A stretch of 64,000 bases of DNA from an uncultured Candidatus Saccharibacteria bacterium (GCA_964554805.1 CAZKPX010000002.1:49889-113888), one strand, 5' to 3'. Counted from the stretch's first letter, positions 36,975 to 46,789 are shown. Notes: generated by a model from the letters alone, not told the origin. Numbers and translations are program-made.

Positions 36975-38282
36975 TTATTCGTATCGCAGGGCGTCAATTG
37001 GGTTTTGGCGGGCGGCTCTTCGGGCAGGCAGTGAGCCAGCCAGGAAGGCTATGCCCATAATAATAGCCATAGTTAAGCCGATTGATTGCCAGGAGAATAC
37101 CAGCAGGTCAAAGCCAGGTAAATCTTGCAAGAAGCTGCCTGAGGCGATGGCGTTAATGACATTGCCCGCCAAGATACCAATAGCCGCTCCCAAGGCACTT
37201 CCCCAGAAACCAATAATGACGGCCTCCAGACTAAATAGGGTGAAGATTCTGCCCCGAGGCATGCCCATAGCTTTCATTAAGCCGATTTCTTTAGTCCGCT
37301 CTTGAACGGCCATCAGCAAGGTATTGACAATGCCGAAGCTGGCGGCCAGCAGGGCGATGGCAGCGAAGAAGTTTAAGACCATGACAATAGCATCAATAAC
37401 TTGCTTGAATACCCCAATCTGATCTTCAACCGTCGTTCCTCTAAACCCTTGCTGCTCTAAGGTGTCTTTGATGGTTGCTAATTCTTCTGGGCTAGTATCT
37501 GGATGCACCTGGGCGATAACTTGCTGGAATTGATCAGCTTGAGCCGCCGGTATGCCGGTGATCTGAACAGCTCGAATGGCTTGGGTCAATGACTGGTTGC
37601 TTTGGCCACCGGCGCCTGAGCTAATCAGTGATTGCTCGGGCACGCCAACCACTCGGGCTTGTATCTGCTGCTGTGCTCCGGTAGCCGAGCTGACCCCCAA
37701 AGTTACCATCTGCCCAGTAGCGGCCTCGGCAGTGCTAAAGCCCAAAGGTTGGACAAAACTGTCTGCCAGTAGCAGCTGGTATTCAGAAGCTTGGTTATCT
37801 AAGCTCTGGCCTGCTGCCACATCGATATGGAGACCATCAACATAAGGTTGCATCATCAGACGGAACTTCTGGCCATTAGTCCCTTGGATGTAATCAGGCA
37901 TAGGGATAATCATTGGCTCAGCACTGGTTATCCCAGGCACGGCGCTAATGGCTTGAACGTCGGCATTGGTTAAGACAGGTATGCTGACCGGTCCAAAAGA
38001 GCCAGAGGAAAAGGCTTGATCGGGATCATAGGGCTGAGGTCCGCCGGAAAAGGGATCTTCAAATCTGGCTTGAACGATCAGCATGTTTTCGGCACCAATG
38101 GTGCCTAGTTGTTTATCGATATAGCTGGAAACGCCGGCACCTATGCCATTGGTCAGAGTCAGGGTGAAAGCACCGACAAAAATAGCAATAATGGTGAGCG
38201 CTGTTCTTAATTTACTTCTAAATATATTGCCGCTGGCTGTGGTCAGAATATCCCAATAGGTCATGTTACTGAACCTCCTCAA
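36975..38282 (-). CDS. MacB-type ABC transporter permease (FtsX/MacB family, 4 TM with a large periplasmic domain)
   Basis: TM1, a ~250-aa extracytoplasmic domain, then three C-terminal TM helices and FtsX-like blocks (e.g. KEIGLMKAMG, DALRYE). Confidence 0.8.
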   Translation of the reverse strand: MRRFSNMTYWDILTTASGNIFRSKLRTALTIIAIFVGAFTLTLTNGIGAGVSSYIDKQLGTIGAENMLIVQARFEDPFSGGPQPYDPDQAFSSGSFGPVSIPVLTNADVQAISAVPGITSAEPMIIPMPDYIQGTNGQKFRLMMQPYVDGLHIDVAAGQSLDNQASEYQLLLADSFVQPLGFSTAEAATGQMVTLGVSSATGAQQQIQARVVGVPEQSLISSGAGGQSNQSLTQAIRAVQITGIPAAQADQFQQVIAQVHPDTSPEELATIKDTLEQQGFRGTTVEDQIGVFKQVIDAIVMVLNFFAAIALLAASFGIVNTLLMAVQERTKEIGLMKAMGMPRGRIFTLFSLEAVIIGFWGSALGAAIGILAGNVINAIASGSFLQDLPGFDLLVFSWQSIGLTMAIIMGIAFLAGSLPARRAARQNPIDALRYE

Positions 38283-38958
38283 TGATATGGCCGTCTACTA
38301 TCTTGATTTGCCGATCGCACCGACTGGCTAAATCCTGATCATGGGTGACGATTATAAGGGTGATACCGTTGTTCTTGTTTAGACTAAAAAGCATATCTTC
38401 AATAACTTTGCCAGTGGCGGTGTCCAGATTTCCGGTCGGCTCATCGGCAAAGATAACCGATGGGTTATTAATCAGTGCTCGGGCAATCACTACCCGCTGC
38501 TTTTGACCGCCGCTTAAATCATTGGCCTTGCTTTTGGCTTTGTCGTCTAATTCAACCTGACGCAAGACTTCCATGCCCCGCCGCTTGCGCTCTCTAGCGC
38601 CAACCTTGCCGATTTTGAGTGGCAGAATGACATTTTCCAAAACGGACGCGTTGGCATTGAGGAAGAATTGCTGGAAGACAAAACCGAATGACTCATTGCG
38701 CAGCTGGTTGAGTTTGGCACTGCTGAGTTTTTCCGCGTCTTGGCCGTTGATAACTATGCTGCCCTGACTGGGACTATCCAGCAAGGCCATGATGTGCATC
38801 AGGGTTGATTTGCCAGAACCACTTTTGCCGATAATAGCCACACTCTCCCCCTTGCCAATGGTTAAACTAAGATTGTGGAGGGCTGTAAAGGCGCTATTGC
38901 CCTTACCATAGGTTTTACTGAGATTACTGGCTTCAAGAGTAGGACTGGTTTTAGTCAT
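38266..38958 (-). CDS. ABC transporter ATP-binding protein (MacB/LolD-type)
   Basis: Walker A GKSGSGKSTL, Q-loop, signature LSGGQKQRV, Walker B VIFADEPTGNLD. The ATPase stop overlaps the permease start (38266-38282). Confidence 0.85.
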   Translation of the reverse strand: MTKTSPTLEASNLSKTYGKGNSAFTALHNLSLTIGKGESVAIIGKSGSGKSTLMHIMALLDSPSQGSIVINGQDAEKLSSAKLNQLRNESFGFVFQQFFLNANASVLENVILPLKIGKVGARERKRRGMEVLRQVELDDKAKSKANDLSGGQKQRVVIARALINNPSVIFADEPTGNLDTATGKVIEDMLFSLNKNNGITLIIVTHDQDLASRCDRQIKIVDGHIIEEVQ

Positions 38959-39223
38959 GATCCTCCTGAGGCGATTTTTTTGATGACTGCTTATTTACCG
39001 ACACCTGCTCTTGAAGATCAAACATGCCTTGGCTGATCTGTTTTAGATGCTCTTCAAATACCTCAAGGCGAACCAGAGCTACGGCTCCTTTCATGGGAGT
39101 GTCAAAGACCAGCATTTTGTCCCCAGCACTGACTTGCAGTGCTTCTCTTGCCTCTACTGGTATAACCACCTGGCCTCTTTCGCCTACAGTGACGGTGCCG
39201 TACAGTTTTGGATTGCCAAACAT
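38951..39223 (-). CDS. AbrB/MazE/SpoVT-family DNA-binding protein (swapped-hairpin barrel), first gene of the ABC operon
   Basis: GTVTVGERGQVVIPVEAREALQVSAGDKMLVFD matches the SpoVT_AbrB consensus. 90 aa. Overlaps the ATPase start by 8 nt. Confidence 0.55.
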   Translation of the reverse strand: MFGNPKLYGTVTVGERGQVVIPVEAREALQVSAGDKMLVFDTPMKGAVALVRLEVFEEHLKQISQGMFDLQEQVSVNKQSSKKSPQEDHD

Positions 39224-39330
39224 ATATTTCTCCTATTAGTCATATCATTCATACATTTCATATAGTACGCTATCTATAACCACTAGACCAGCATAAAGAC
39301 AAGCAACAAATAAAGCACGGGGGTACCGCA

Positions 39331-39984
39331 ATGTCACTTATACGAGGAACCGTTCTCGAATTCACTAGTAAGCACCATGAGCATGATGATATCTATAGCT
39401 TTCACTTTAAGCCAACAAAACCGCTTAAACACAAAGCCGGACAGCATGGCTTATTTTCTCTGAAAGGATTTTTGGGGATTAAGGCCTTCTCCCTCACTTC
39501 ATCGCCCGAAGATAATGAGGTGATTATTACTACTCATGTACGCCAGCAGAGTCGATTTAAACAGTTGCTGGATGCCTTGCAACCTGGTGATACGGTTAAG
39601 ATGCGGGGACCGATTATGAACTTTGTGCTTAAGCCTGATGAGCGCGAGGTGGTGTTTTTAGCTCAAGGTATTGGCATTACGCCGTACCGGTCATTACTGC
39701 GCCATATTCGCAACCAGAAACTCAGTGTTCACAGTACACTGCTCCATGTCAGTTCATCTGAGCATACCTTTAAAGCAGAAACCAGCAGATTGGCTACCAA
39801 GGCTATCTATGCTGTCAACTCTCAAGAATTCCGGCAGGTGCTTGATGTCATACTAATGGATCATTCCCAAGCCACCTACTATATATCTGGAGGAGGACAG
39901 TTCTTGACCAGTACCGTTAAGCAATTGAAAGATAAGGGGATTAAGGGCTCCAGTATTCGCCAGGATCGGTTTTTGGGTTACTAG
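39331..39984 (+). CDS. Ferredoxin-NADP reductase-type FAD/NAD(P)-binding oxidoreductase
   Basis: FAD-binding motif K-A-F-S-L-T-S (RxYS-like) and NAD-binding motif LAQGIGITP. ~217 aa, two-domain FNR-like size. Confidence 0.5.
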   Translation: MSLIRGTVLEFTSKHHEHDDIYSFHFKPTKPLKHKAGQHGLFSLKGFLGIKAFSLTSSPEDNEVIITTHVRQQSRFKQLLDALQPGDTVKMRGPIMNFVLKPDEREVVFLAQGIGITPYRSLLRHIRNQKLSVHSTLLHVSSSEHTFKAETSRLATKAIYAVNSQEFRQVLDVILMDHSQATYYISGGGQFLTSTVKQLKDKGIKGSSIRQDRFLGY

Positions 39985-40115
39985 CCTAGCATGCTTGTTT
40001 GGGGCCAAAATCACGCACCCTTGTTTTATGTAAGCATGGCGCACCATCTTGTTTGTGGCATTCACTAGAGATACATATGTGGCTATGATGATATATACAT
40101 CTGTATCGTGACGCT

Positions 40116-40181
40116 CAGCCAAAAGAAAGCGCCTCAGCGAAAGCTGGGGGCTTTTCCTTTTTGTTGTTCGACCTTGGATTT
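40116..40181 (+). repeat. Direct repeat copy 2 of the tRNA-Gln 3' flank/terminator segment
   Basis: See 36317..36381. Includes the same terminator hairpin (gcctcagc-gaaa-gctggggg). Confidence 0.6.
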
Positions 40182-40190
40182 TGGGTGCAG

Positions 40191-40755
40191 TCAACTAAAG
40201 CGGAACAACGTTGCGCGCAGATAGGCTTGAGGGCTTCTAAATACGTGTGCTTGGTTACACCGGGCCATCCATTCATTAAGGAATACCTGCAGTCTGGCCG
40301 TAGTCATCCCTACATGAGAGAGGATGCGCCGTGCACGTCGCTTCATTCGACTCCACAGATTCTCAATACGATTGGTGCCGGTAAAGTGTCCTTTAGAATG
40401 GTTCCAGATCTCCCGACCATAGCCCATCCATTCAATGCCTGCATAATAGCCTGCTGTGTCAGTAACGACCAAGGTACTTGGGGTGACATGCCTCTCCAGA
40501 AAACCTTGAACCAGATCTGCATCTGGTGCTGAAGGCAATATCTCCACTTTTATCCGACCACTACCTTGCTCAATGGCGCCAATAACAATTGCTTGTCTGC
40601 CGTAGCGTTCTTTGCCAAACCATGACTCATCCAGCTCCACCACCCCATCTAGCTGGTCACGGTCAGGCTCTTGAGGTAGGTGCTCCCTAAAGCGCGTATA
40701 CCAGCGGTTAACCGTTAGTAACCCCGGGGGTTGCTTTCTAGCTGAACCTCTGAGT
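40191..40755 (-). mobile_element. IS1595-family (ISXO2-like) transposase remnant, N-terminally truncated (pseudogene)
   Basis: VELDESWFGKERYGRQAIVIGAIEQG...TDTAGYY...HS.GHFTGTNRIENLWSRMKRR matches the DDE_Tnp_IS1595 domain (VEVDETY.GGK...). The reading frame is open upstream to a stop at ~40755 and encodes only a partial HTH (NRWYTRFREHL). No zinc-ribbon N-terminus and no ATG start. Confidence 0.65.
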
Positions 40756-40922
40756 GCTTGTTTAGGAGAATGTGTTTACATACAAGGAGTAAAATAAGAA
40801 TATATGCTGCTGTGACAACTGAATGTTTCAGTCAGTTGAGTCAATATAAGCATAATCAAACAACCGGAGGTTCAGCCTCAGTTTAACTCTCGGGGTTCCG
40901 GAAAAGGTATTGGCTTTCCAGG

Positions 40923-40988
40923 TTAGCACTGGCCAACCTTTCCAGGCCATTTATCTCAGATAGCCGCGTTAGCACTTTATGGAAACTT
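40923..40988 (+). repeat. Composite ~65-bp intergenic element, copy A: two TTAGCACT(C/T)T half-sites flanking a TATCTCAGATA core, second half-site extended as TTAGCACTTTATGGAAA
   Basis: Read directly. Member of a 5-copy family (40.9, 42.2, 46.7, 47.7 and 52.7 kb), all in the same orientation. Confidence 0.55.
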
Positions 40989-41193
40989 TAGCTTTTCTAC
41001 CTAGCGATAAAACGCTTAGATGAACACTATAATAATTTAGGTCTATACAAAATATGGGCTACGGTGATTGATGAACCGTTATTTAATACGGCCAGAGTTT
41101 TGAGTTTGAAGATGACCTTTGAAATATTGACATACTCTGATTTTTCTGGTATGTAGAATGTATTGACCCACCACTAGTCAGGAGAAGGATGAG

Positions 41194-41385
41194 ATGTCAC
41201 CTGCGGACACGGTTATGGGTATTCCGGCGATCTTTATCCCATTCATCACTGGTCTGATTACTTGGATCCTTATAACGGTCTTATTTACCAAGGATGGTGG
41301 CGATATCGGCGATGCATTCGCGGCTGCCTGGGCGCCTGCCATGATTGTGGCTTTTATAACGATTTACTTCTTGGCAAAAGCCTAG
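41194..41385 (+). CDS. Small 2-TM membrane protein
   Basis: 63 aa with two hydrophobic helices, followed by a terminator. Confidence 0.4.
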   Translation: MSPADTVMGIPAIFIPFITGLITWILITVLFTKDGGDIGDAFAAAWAPAMIVAFITIYFLAKA

Positions 41386-41405
41386 TCTGTCCTTTTGTGT
41401 TTTAT

Positions 41406-41447
41406 GCCCCGTCTTCTTGATTGAAGGCGGGGCTGCATTTGTTTTAT
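41406..41447 (+). terminator. Rho-independent terminator
   Basis: gccccg-t-cttc / gaag-g-cggggc stem (41406-41433) and a T-rich tail. Confidence 0.55.
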
Positions 41448-41537
41448 GAGTAAATCTTGTGCTTAATCCTATAATCCTTTATAATTCATTATAGGCTAGT
41501 ATTTAACTAGCAAGACGTCTTATCAAAGGAGACTGAG

Positions 41538-42131
41538 ATGCGCTTGGAGGGACTGTTGTTTCAGGGGCCATACGATATGGCGGATGCTTTGACGGCGGCA
41601 AAAGTATGTCTGGTGCTTTGGCTTGTGGCTCTTGCCTCGGTAGGTTGTTTTATCTTCATTCAACGTGCCACGTTCCAACCACAGAGTTACTTCACCGACA
41701 ACCTGCTGGCAGCGCTGGGTAATCTCATCTTGTTTAGCCTGCTTGTGTTCGTGTTGATCGGAGTGGAATCGATATTTTTGTGGGGAGACAAGCCTGTCTA
41801 CACGATGCAGGATATGACCCAGGCCAACTTGTGGCCGTGGATCATCGGTCACTTGCTTGCAGGAATTGTATTACAGATGCTAGTAGTGGATAAATGGGGG
41901 TATGGGCAAATGAACACTCTCATTTTTTACTCAGCTGTTCCCGTGGCCGTTCCTCTGGTCGGTTTGATTTACCTTAGTATGCTGTGGTGGCCAGGCTTGT
42001 TCACCTTTCCAGTGCTAACAGCGACCGTCATGGTATCTCAAACTGCTGTTGTTGGTATATTAGCCGTTCCACTTGGTCTCATGGCCGTTTGGTTTGTAAT
42101 TTTAGGGCCATTGAAATGGTCTCTGAGCTAG
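41538..42131 (+). CDS. Polytopic membrane protein of unknown function
   Basis: 197 aa, 5-6 TM helices. Confidence 0.45.
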   Translation: MRLEGLLFQGPYDMADALTAAKVCLVLWLVALASVGCFIFIQRATFQPQSYFTDNLLAALGNLILFSLLVFVLIGVESIFLWGDKPVYTMQDMTQANLWPWIIGHLLAGIVLQMLVVDKWGYGQMNTLIFYSAVPVAVPLVGLIYLSMLWWPGLFTFPVLTATVMVSQTAVVGILAVPLGLMAVWFVILGPLKWSLS

Positions 42132-42227
42132 CCCATGCTGAGCCTCATTCTCTGACCAGGGAATGAGGCTCTTGTTGCAAGAAGGCAGTCTCAAGTATCT
42201 TTTTCATAAAATCTTTGATTTTCCACA

Positions 42228-42294
42228 TTAGCACTCTCCCCTGTTCTTAAGGTGATTATCAGAGATAAGTTGGTTAGCACTCCATGGAAATTTT
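42228..42294 (+). repeat. Composite intergenic element, copy B (ATTAGCACTCTCCCC...TTATCAGAGATAA...TTAGCACTCCATGGAAATTTTG)
   Basis: Same architecture as copy A. Lies upstream of the 42375 gene. Confidence 0.55.
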
Positions 42295-42374
42295 GGTTTT
42301 AATGCAGATAGCTAACTTGTTCTAGGTTGAACATCTAATTCGCACTTTTATTTGATTGTGCAAAGTAGTGTCAG

Positions 42375-42890
42375 TTGCAAATATCAAGTATCATATGTGG
42401 TATGAAGATATTGCACGAAGCAAGAAAGCAACTACTATCAAATTGGTATGCCTGTAGATTAGTATCTGGAAAAAGGAGTGCTCAATATGGCATTCGCTTT
42501 AGTTATCCGGTATTTATTTTACTAGTGGGATTGAGTATATTCTTTGTTAATCCGGCTGCCTTGTTATTAGCGGTGATTATTGCGTTGTTTGCGATAATTC
42601 TGCCTATGCACCCCTTAGATTATGTATATAACTTTGTCTTTGCTAGGTTTGCAGGACTAGCGAAGATTCCGGGTCGAGGAACTGAGTTGGCAGTTTCTTC
42701 GAGCATCGCTGCGGTGTTTAGTTTGGTAGTGATTGGACTGATATTGCTTGGTGCTCAGATAAACTTTGCCATCATGGCGTTGATCTATGTTGCAAGCAGC
42801 GTATTCTTTATTGTAGTTCTGTTGTTTAAGGATGACTTTTCTATGCACTCTCTCTTCGGTTGGCTCATAAAGAGCGATACAAAGCCGTGA
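42375..42890 (+). CDS. Membrane protein of unknown function (4 TM)
   Basis: 171 aa with hydrophobic helices. TGA stop. Start uncertain. Confidence 0.45.
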   Translation: MQISSIICGMKILHEARKQLLSNWYACRLVSGKRSAQYGIRFSYPVFILLVGLSIFFVNPAALLLAVIIALFAIILPMHPLDYVYNFVFARFAGLAKIPGRGTELAVSSSIAAVFSLVVIGLILLGAQINFAIMALIYVASSVFFIVVLLFKDDFSMHSLFGWLIKSDTKP

Positions 42891-43050
42891 ATATGCAAGG
42901 TTAGTTTTATTAGACCATCGACTGCGATATTTATAGGCATTGAAACACCTCAGGTTCCACCTGGCCTAGGCGGTTCAGGTGGAGCCTGAAGTCGGAAAAC
43001 TGTGTCGTAGATAAAGTTGAAGCGACACCCGGGAGGGGTGTCGCTTATCG

Positions 43051-43548
43051 TTAGGGCGATCGATTTTGGAGTTGCTCGATTTTTAGATCGAGGAGTGCGA
43101 GGTAGTTGCTGCACACACTCCGCCAGGCTTGCAACTCAGCCACAGCTTCCTCGGTCGATAAACTATTTATGATGAGGTTTATCTGATCAGGGCTCCGGAC
43201 GGCTGGAGTTAACGTATCCCCCGTATCTGTTGCTGGAAGCCACAATGATGATTCAGGTAGATCTAGGGCTTCAGCGAGATTAGCGACAATCTCCATAGAA
43301 GGAGATCTGGTAAAATTTCGCTCTAAGCGGCTAAGGTAACCCGCAGACACATGAGAAATAACTGCCAGGTCTGAAATAGTCATCCTTCGCTCTAGTCTTT
43401 TCTCCCTTACAATATCTCCGTTAAAAACACGGTAACTGTGCAAACCCCCGGCTCGGAGATGGCTATTTGCCGGCAACTCTTTGCGGCCTCTTTTCATGAT
43501 TACTCTCCCTGCAGGACAAACGAACTGATGACTAACGGGATTATACAC
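43051..43548 (-). CDS. XRE-family HTH transcriptional regulator
   Basis: RLERRMTISDLAVISHVSAGYLSRLERNFTRSPSMEIVANLAEALDL is a classic HTH_XRE helix-turn-helix with the ...LS..ER motif. Confidence 0.6.
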   Translation of the reverse strand: MYNPVSHQFVCPAGRVIMKRGRKELPANSHLRAGGLHSYRVFNGDIVREKRLERRMTISDLAVISHVSAGYLSRLERNFTRSPSMEIVANLAEALDLPESSLWLPATDTGDTLTPAVRSPDQINLIINSLSTEEAVAELQAWRSVCSNYLALLDLKIEQLQNRSP

Positions 43549-43631
43549 GTCTTATAGTAAATATCAAGTGAATAGCCCTTTTAGATGCTACGAAGGGTAA
43601 AGATAGTTGATGTCTCTGATATAATGGGCGA

Positions 43632-44273
43632 ATGACTGATGAATTAAAAGAAGTTTTGATTAGCATTGCCACGGAGCGCATACCGAACGACGACCCTTCG
43701 CATGATATTGAACACACGCTTCGCGTTTTGGCAAATGCGTTGCGGATTGCGGATGAGGAGCAAGCTGATATTGATGTAATTATTCCAGCAGCCTTGTTTC
43801 ACGATATTATTACTTACCCCAAGAATGATCCGAGGTCGCTGAATGCTCAGGAAGAAAGTGCGCAGATGGCTCACAGTATTTTGACAAACTTGCCGGAGTA
43901 TCCGGTAGAAAAAATACCAGCTGTGATGGAGGCTATTCTGTTGTGCTCTTTTACCAAAGGGGTTGTGCCGGAACTGCTTGAGGCAAAGATTTTACAGGAT
44001 GCTGATGGACTAGAGGCTACCGGAGCCATTGCAGTTATGCGAACCTATGCATCGACCGGACAAATGCAGCGACCTTTTTATCATCCGACTGATCCGTTTG
44101 GTGTTAATAGACAAACAGATAGTAAGGCCTATGCCCTTGATTTGTTCTTTGATCGATTATTGAAGGTGGAGGGTAGAATGCATACGCAATCTGCTAAGCA
44201 CATAGCTCAGCGCCGAACAGTCTTTTTGTATGAATTCCTAGAAGAATTTCGGTTGGAGCTTGAAGGCAAGTAG
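43632..44273 (+). CDS. HD-domain metal-dependent phosphohydrolase
   Basis: His...HD...D metal-ligand pattern: HDIEHTLRV, ALFHDII and LQDADGLEA. Confidence 0.6.
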   Translation: MTDELKEVLISIATERIPNDDPSHDIEHTLRVLANALRIADEEQADIDVIIPAALFHDIITYPKNDPRSLNAQEESAQMAHSILTNLPEYPVEKIPAVMEAILLCSFTKGVVPELLEAKILQDADGLEATGAIAVMRTYASTGQMQRPFYHPTDPFGVNRQTDSKAYALDLFFDRLLKVEGRMHTQSAKHIAQRRTVFLYEFLEEFRLELEGK

Positions 44274-44308
44274 GTTTCTTAATATACTGGCATGTTACTA
44301 TTTAAGCT

Positions 44309-44827
44309 ATGAATAATCCATATGATTTTCAAAATGTGGTGGCGGCTAAGTTGTTGATTAAGAAGGGTGATCAGATATTACTGTTGCGTGAACCGTTGAC
44401 CAATGAGTGGATGCCGGGGAGGTTGGGATTGCCTGGAGGGAAGCCGGTGCTTCATGAAAGTTTGTCTGAGGCATTGCAGCGAAAGATAAAGACTGAAGTC
44501 GGCATCGCTATTGATATTAAGGGCTTGGTTAAGGTCATTGATATTATTATGCCTGAGAAAACTGTCTATCATTTTGTTATTGCGGCTGAGTATGTTGCGG
44601 GTGATATTGATGTGGAAGCGATTGAAGCTGATGATATGCGCTGGTTTACGATCGACGAAGTCAGTAAGCTGTTAAAAAATGATTTTACTGAGTACTACAA
44701 CGACGAAGTAATTAAAGATTATTTAGCAGGAATGCTGAACGCAATCCCTATGAGTGTTTTTGTTGAGCAAGATAATAGAACAGATGAAATAATGGATTGG
44801 ATGGTGAAGGGTCAAAGCATCCGATAA
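44309..44827 (+). CDS. NUDIX hydrolase (divergent Nudix box)
   Basis: GGKPVLHESLSEALQRKIKTEVGI fits GX5EX7REUXEEXGU, with K and T at two of the usual Glu positions. Confidence 0.55.
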   Translation: MNNPYDFQNVVAAKLLIKKGDQILLLREPLTNEWMPGRLGLPGGKPVLHESLSEALQRKIKTEVGIAIDIKGLVKVIDIIMPEKTVYHFVIAAEYVAGDIDVEAIEADDMRWFTIDEVSKLLKNDFTEYYNDEVIKDYLAGMLNAIPMSVFVEQDNRTDEIMDWMVKGQSIR

Positions 44828-44898
44828 AGCGGGGATTAATACAAGTTTGCGGTATTGGTTTATATCAACTAAGGCAAGCTGTCTGATATACTAGTTTA

Positions 44899-45357
44899 GT
44901 GCATGCAGGTCAAGATTATATTGGTGTCATAACTCCTTTCTTTTGTCACAATGGTCGTGGTCAGTTTTTGTTTTATCGTCGAGGTAAAGAGGCTAAGGAT
45001 GAGTTGGGAGTGTGGGATTGTAGCGGCGGTTCTATGCAGTTTGGTGAGCAGCCAGTTGAGACGGTGTTGCGAAAACTTAAATCTCAGTACGGTGTCGAGC
45101 CGGTGAATTTTGAAGAATTGCCCGCGCATTCTGTTTTGGTAGATATAGATGGAATTCCAAATCATTGGCTGGCTATTCCATTCATCGTGCAAGTCGATCC
45201 CGAGCAGGTACGAATTGGTGAGCCACATAAAATGGATGAGATAGGATGGTTTGATTTGGACGCATTGCCTGAGCCAATCCATCCTGGAGCAGCTGATATT
45301 TTGCGAACATACAGTGAGCGATTTTCTGCTCATACTAAAAAACAAACAGCGAATTGA
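44899..45357 (+). CDS. NUDIX-fold protein (degenerate Nudix box)
   Basis: GGSMQFGEQPVETVLRKLKSQYGV. The fold pattern is retained but the catalytic Glu residues are partly replaced, so it may be non-catalytic or act on unusual substrates. Confidence 0.45.
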   Translation: MHAGQDYIGVITPFFCHNGRGQFLFYRRGKEAKDELGVWDCSGGSMQFGEQPVETVLRKLKSQYGVEPVNFEELPAHSVLVDIDGIPNHWLAIPFIVQVDPEQVRIGEPHKMDEIGWFDLDALPEPIHPGAADILRTYSERFSAHTKKQTAN

Positions 45358-45458
45358 GCTGTACCGTGGTTAAATATTTTACTAGTATAGGGAATGCTAG
45401 GCAGTGTGTAGCTAGATGGGCATTCGTGCTCATTGCTGAGCAGAATGCCCATCTAGGC

Positions 45459-45959
45459 TTAGATCCAAGCTTGATCCAGGAGGTAATCTGGGAGCTTGAA
45501 TTCTGAATGGTTCCAAGCTACCTGCGGGCTGGTCCATTCTAGGATGCTTGCCCCGGTCGGGTCATAATTCTTAAGGCCTGGAGTGCTCCACCAGTAGGGG
45601 CTCTTTTGCGCGAGAACCGCAAAAGTAATGGCAAAAACAGAACTTGGCTTCTCACTATTCCCCGGATTGATTCCTGGGTCAACATAGAGTTCCAAAGTTG
45701 CTGTAACAAAGGTCGCTACCTCGGATTCAAACACAAAATAGTCCCTGGTTTCATCTCCCCACTTGGGATTGAAGTGAATATACACCTTTGCAATGCCGGT
45801 CAACTTGTATTGACTGCGCAGCTGATTGATTCGTCGCTCAACCTTTTGGCTGGCTAATGCCGTCAGGTCATTCGGCTTGGTGTTCACTTTGTCTATGCTC
45901 CTTAGCTCGGTGCGACTGCGCAACTGCGCAGTAATCTTCCCCGAATGGAAGATGATCAC
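45459..45959 (-). CDS. Hypothetical protein
   Basis: 166 aa, no recognisable motif. It is the only minus-strand gene inside the NUDIX cluster. Confidence 0.35.
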   Translation of the reverse strand: MIIFHSGKITAQLRSRTELRSIDKVNTKPNDLTALASQKVERRINQLRSQYKLTGIAKVYIHFNPKWGDETRDYFVFESEVATFVTATLELYVDPGINPGNSEKPSSVFAITFAVLAQKSPYWWSTPGLKNYDPTGASILEWTSPQVAWNHSEFKLPDYLLDQAWI

Positions 45960-46006
45960 TCGACATTATCACTAGAAATGGATACTGTCAATAAATACTA
46001 CAGCAG

Positions 46007-46642
46007 TTGAAGCCTGCTCTGCGGTACTTCTGTTATAATCATCTTATGAAAATAAACTTTGAGTTGCCTAGTGATGGGTTGATGCATCGATATTGTTTTA
46101 GTTGTTTGAAGGAAGGGGCCAAGCAGGTAAAGATTGATGGGATAACTCAGTATCATTGCGATGCATGTGGGCAGGATAATGGACGAGCGATTTACTTTGA
46201 TAAGCATAAGGTATGGCTCGATGATCAGCGAGAACTGTGGCATGAGTCGGCTGGGGTGTTTGTTCGTCGAGCAGATGGGAAGTTTTTGTTTTTTCAAAGA
46301 ACCGAGTACCCATTATATTTAACCGTGCCATCTGGTCATGTAGATCGAGGCGAAGATCCATCAGTGGCAGCTGCTCGTGAGTTGGTCGAAGAAACTGGCA
46401 TCATTGGTAGTCCTGTATTGATTGGAACTTCTGATATTGTTGGAGATTCATGTAGTGCCGGTGCGGATGCTCATAAGTGGCATGTTTTCTTATTGAAGCT
46501 TGATGGTCCGAATAGGCAAGTAGAAATACTCGAAGAGGGTGAAAAGGCGCTATGGTTGACATTGGCAGAAGCAAAAGGTCAAGGCATGGTGTTTGTTGTA
46601 GAAAAGGCTGCGGATCTGTTTGGGAAACAGCTTGAATCTTAG
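46007..46642 (+). CDS. NUDIX hydrolase with an N-terminal zinc ribbon (NudC/NADH-pyrophosphatase-like architecture)
   Basis: CFSCLKEG...HCDACGQ zinc ribbon, then the canonical Nudix box GHVDRGEDPSVAAARELVEETGI. Alternative start at ATG 46036. Confidence 0.6.
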   Translation: MKPALRYFCYNHLMKINFELPSDGLMHRYCFSCLKEGAKQVKIDGITQYHCDACGQDNGRAIYFDKHKVWLDDQRELWHESAGVFVRRADGKFLFFQRTEYPLYLTVPSGHVDRGEDPSVAAARELVEETGIIGSPVLIGTSDIVGDSCSAGADAHKWHVFLLKLDGPNRQVEILEEGEKALWLTLAEAKGQGMVFVVEKAADLFGKQLES

Positions 46643-46664
46643 GCACTTTCCATATCAAAATTGA

Positions 46665-46730
46665 TTAGCACTCTACCCTGTTTGAGATCTTGCTATCTCA
46701 GATAAATGATTTAGCACTCTATGGAAAGTT
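46665..46730 (+). repeat. Composite intergenic element, copy C (GATTAGCACTCTACCC...TATCTCAGATAA...TTAGCACTCTATGGAAAGTTG)
   Basis: Between two NUDIX genes. A sigma70-like promoter (ttgtct...tatataat) follows immediately. Confidence 0.55.
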
Positions 46731-46789
46731 GTCTTGTATTCAAAGTTATCCCATGGTGTATATAATGAGGCTTATTAGGGAGTTTTTGA

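Noticed and set aside
36975-39223. Interpreting the AbrB/MazE-like gene plus ABC ATPase as a toxin-antitoxin pair
   Set aside because: The downstream genes form a complete MacB-type ABC transporter (ATPase plus FtsX-like permease), so the AbrB-like protein is more likely a regulator of the operon.
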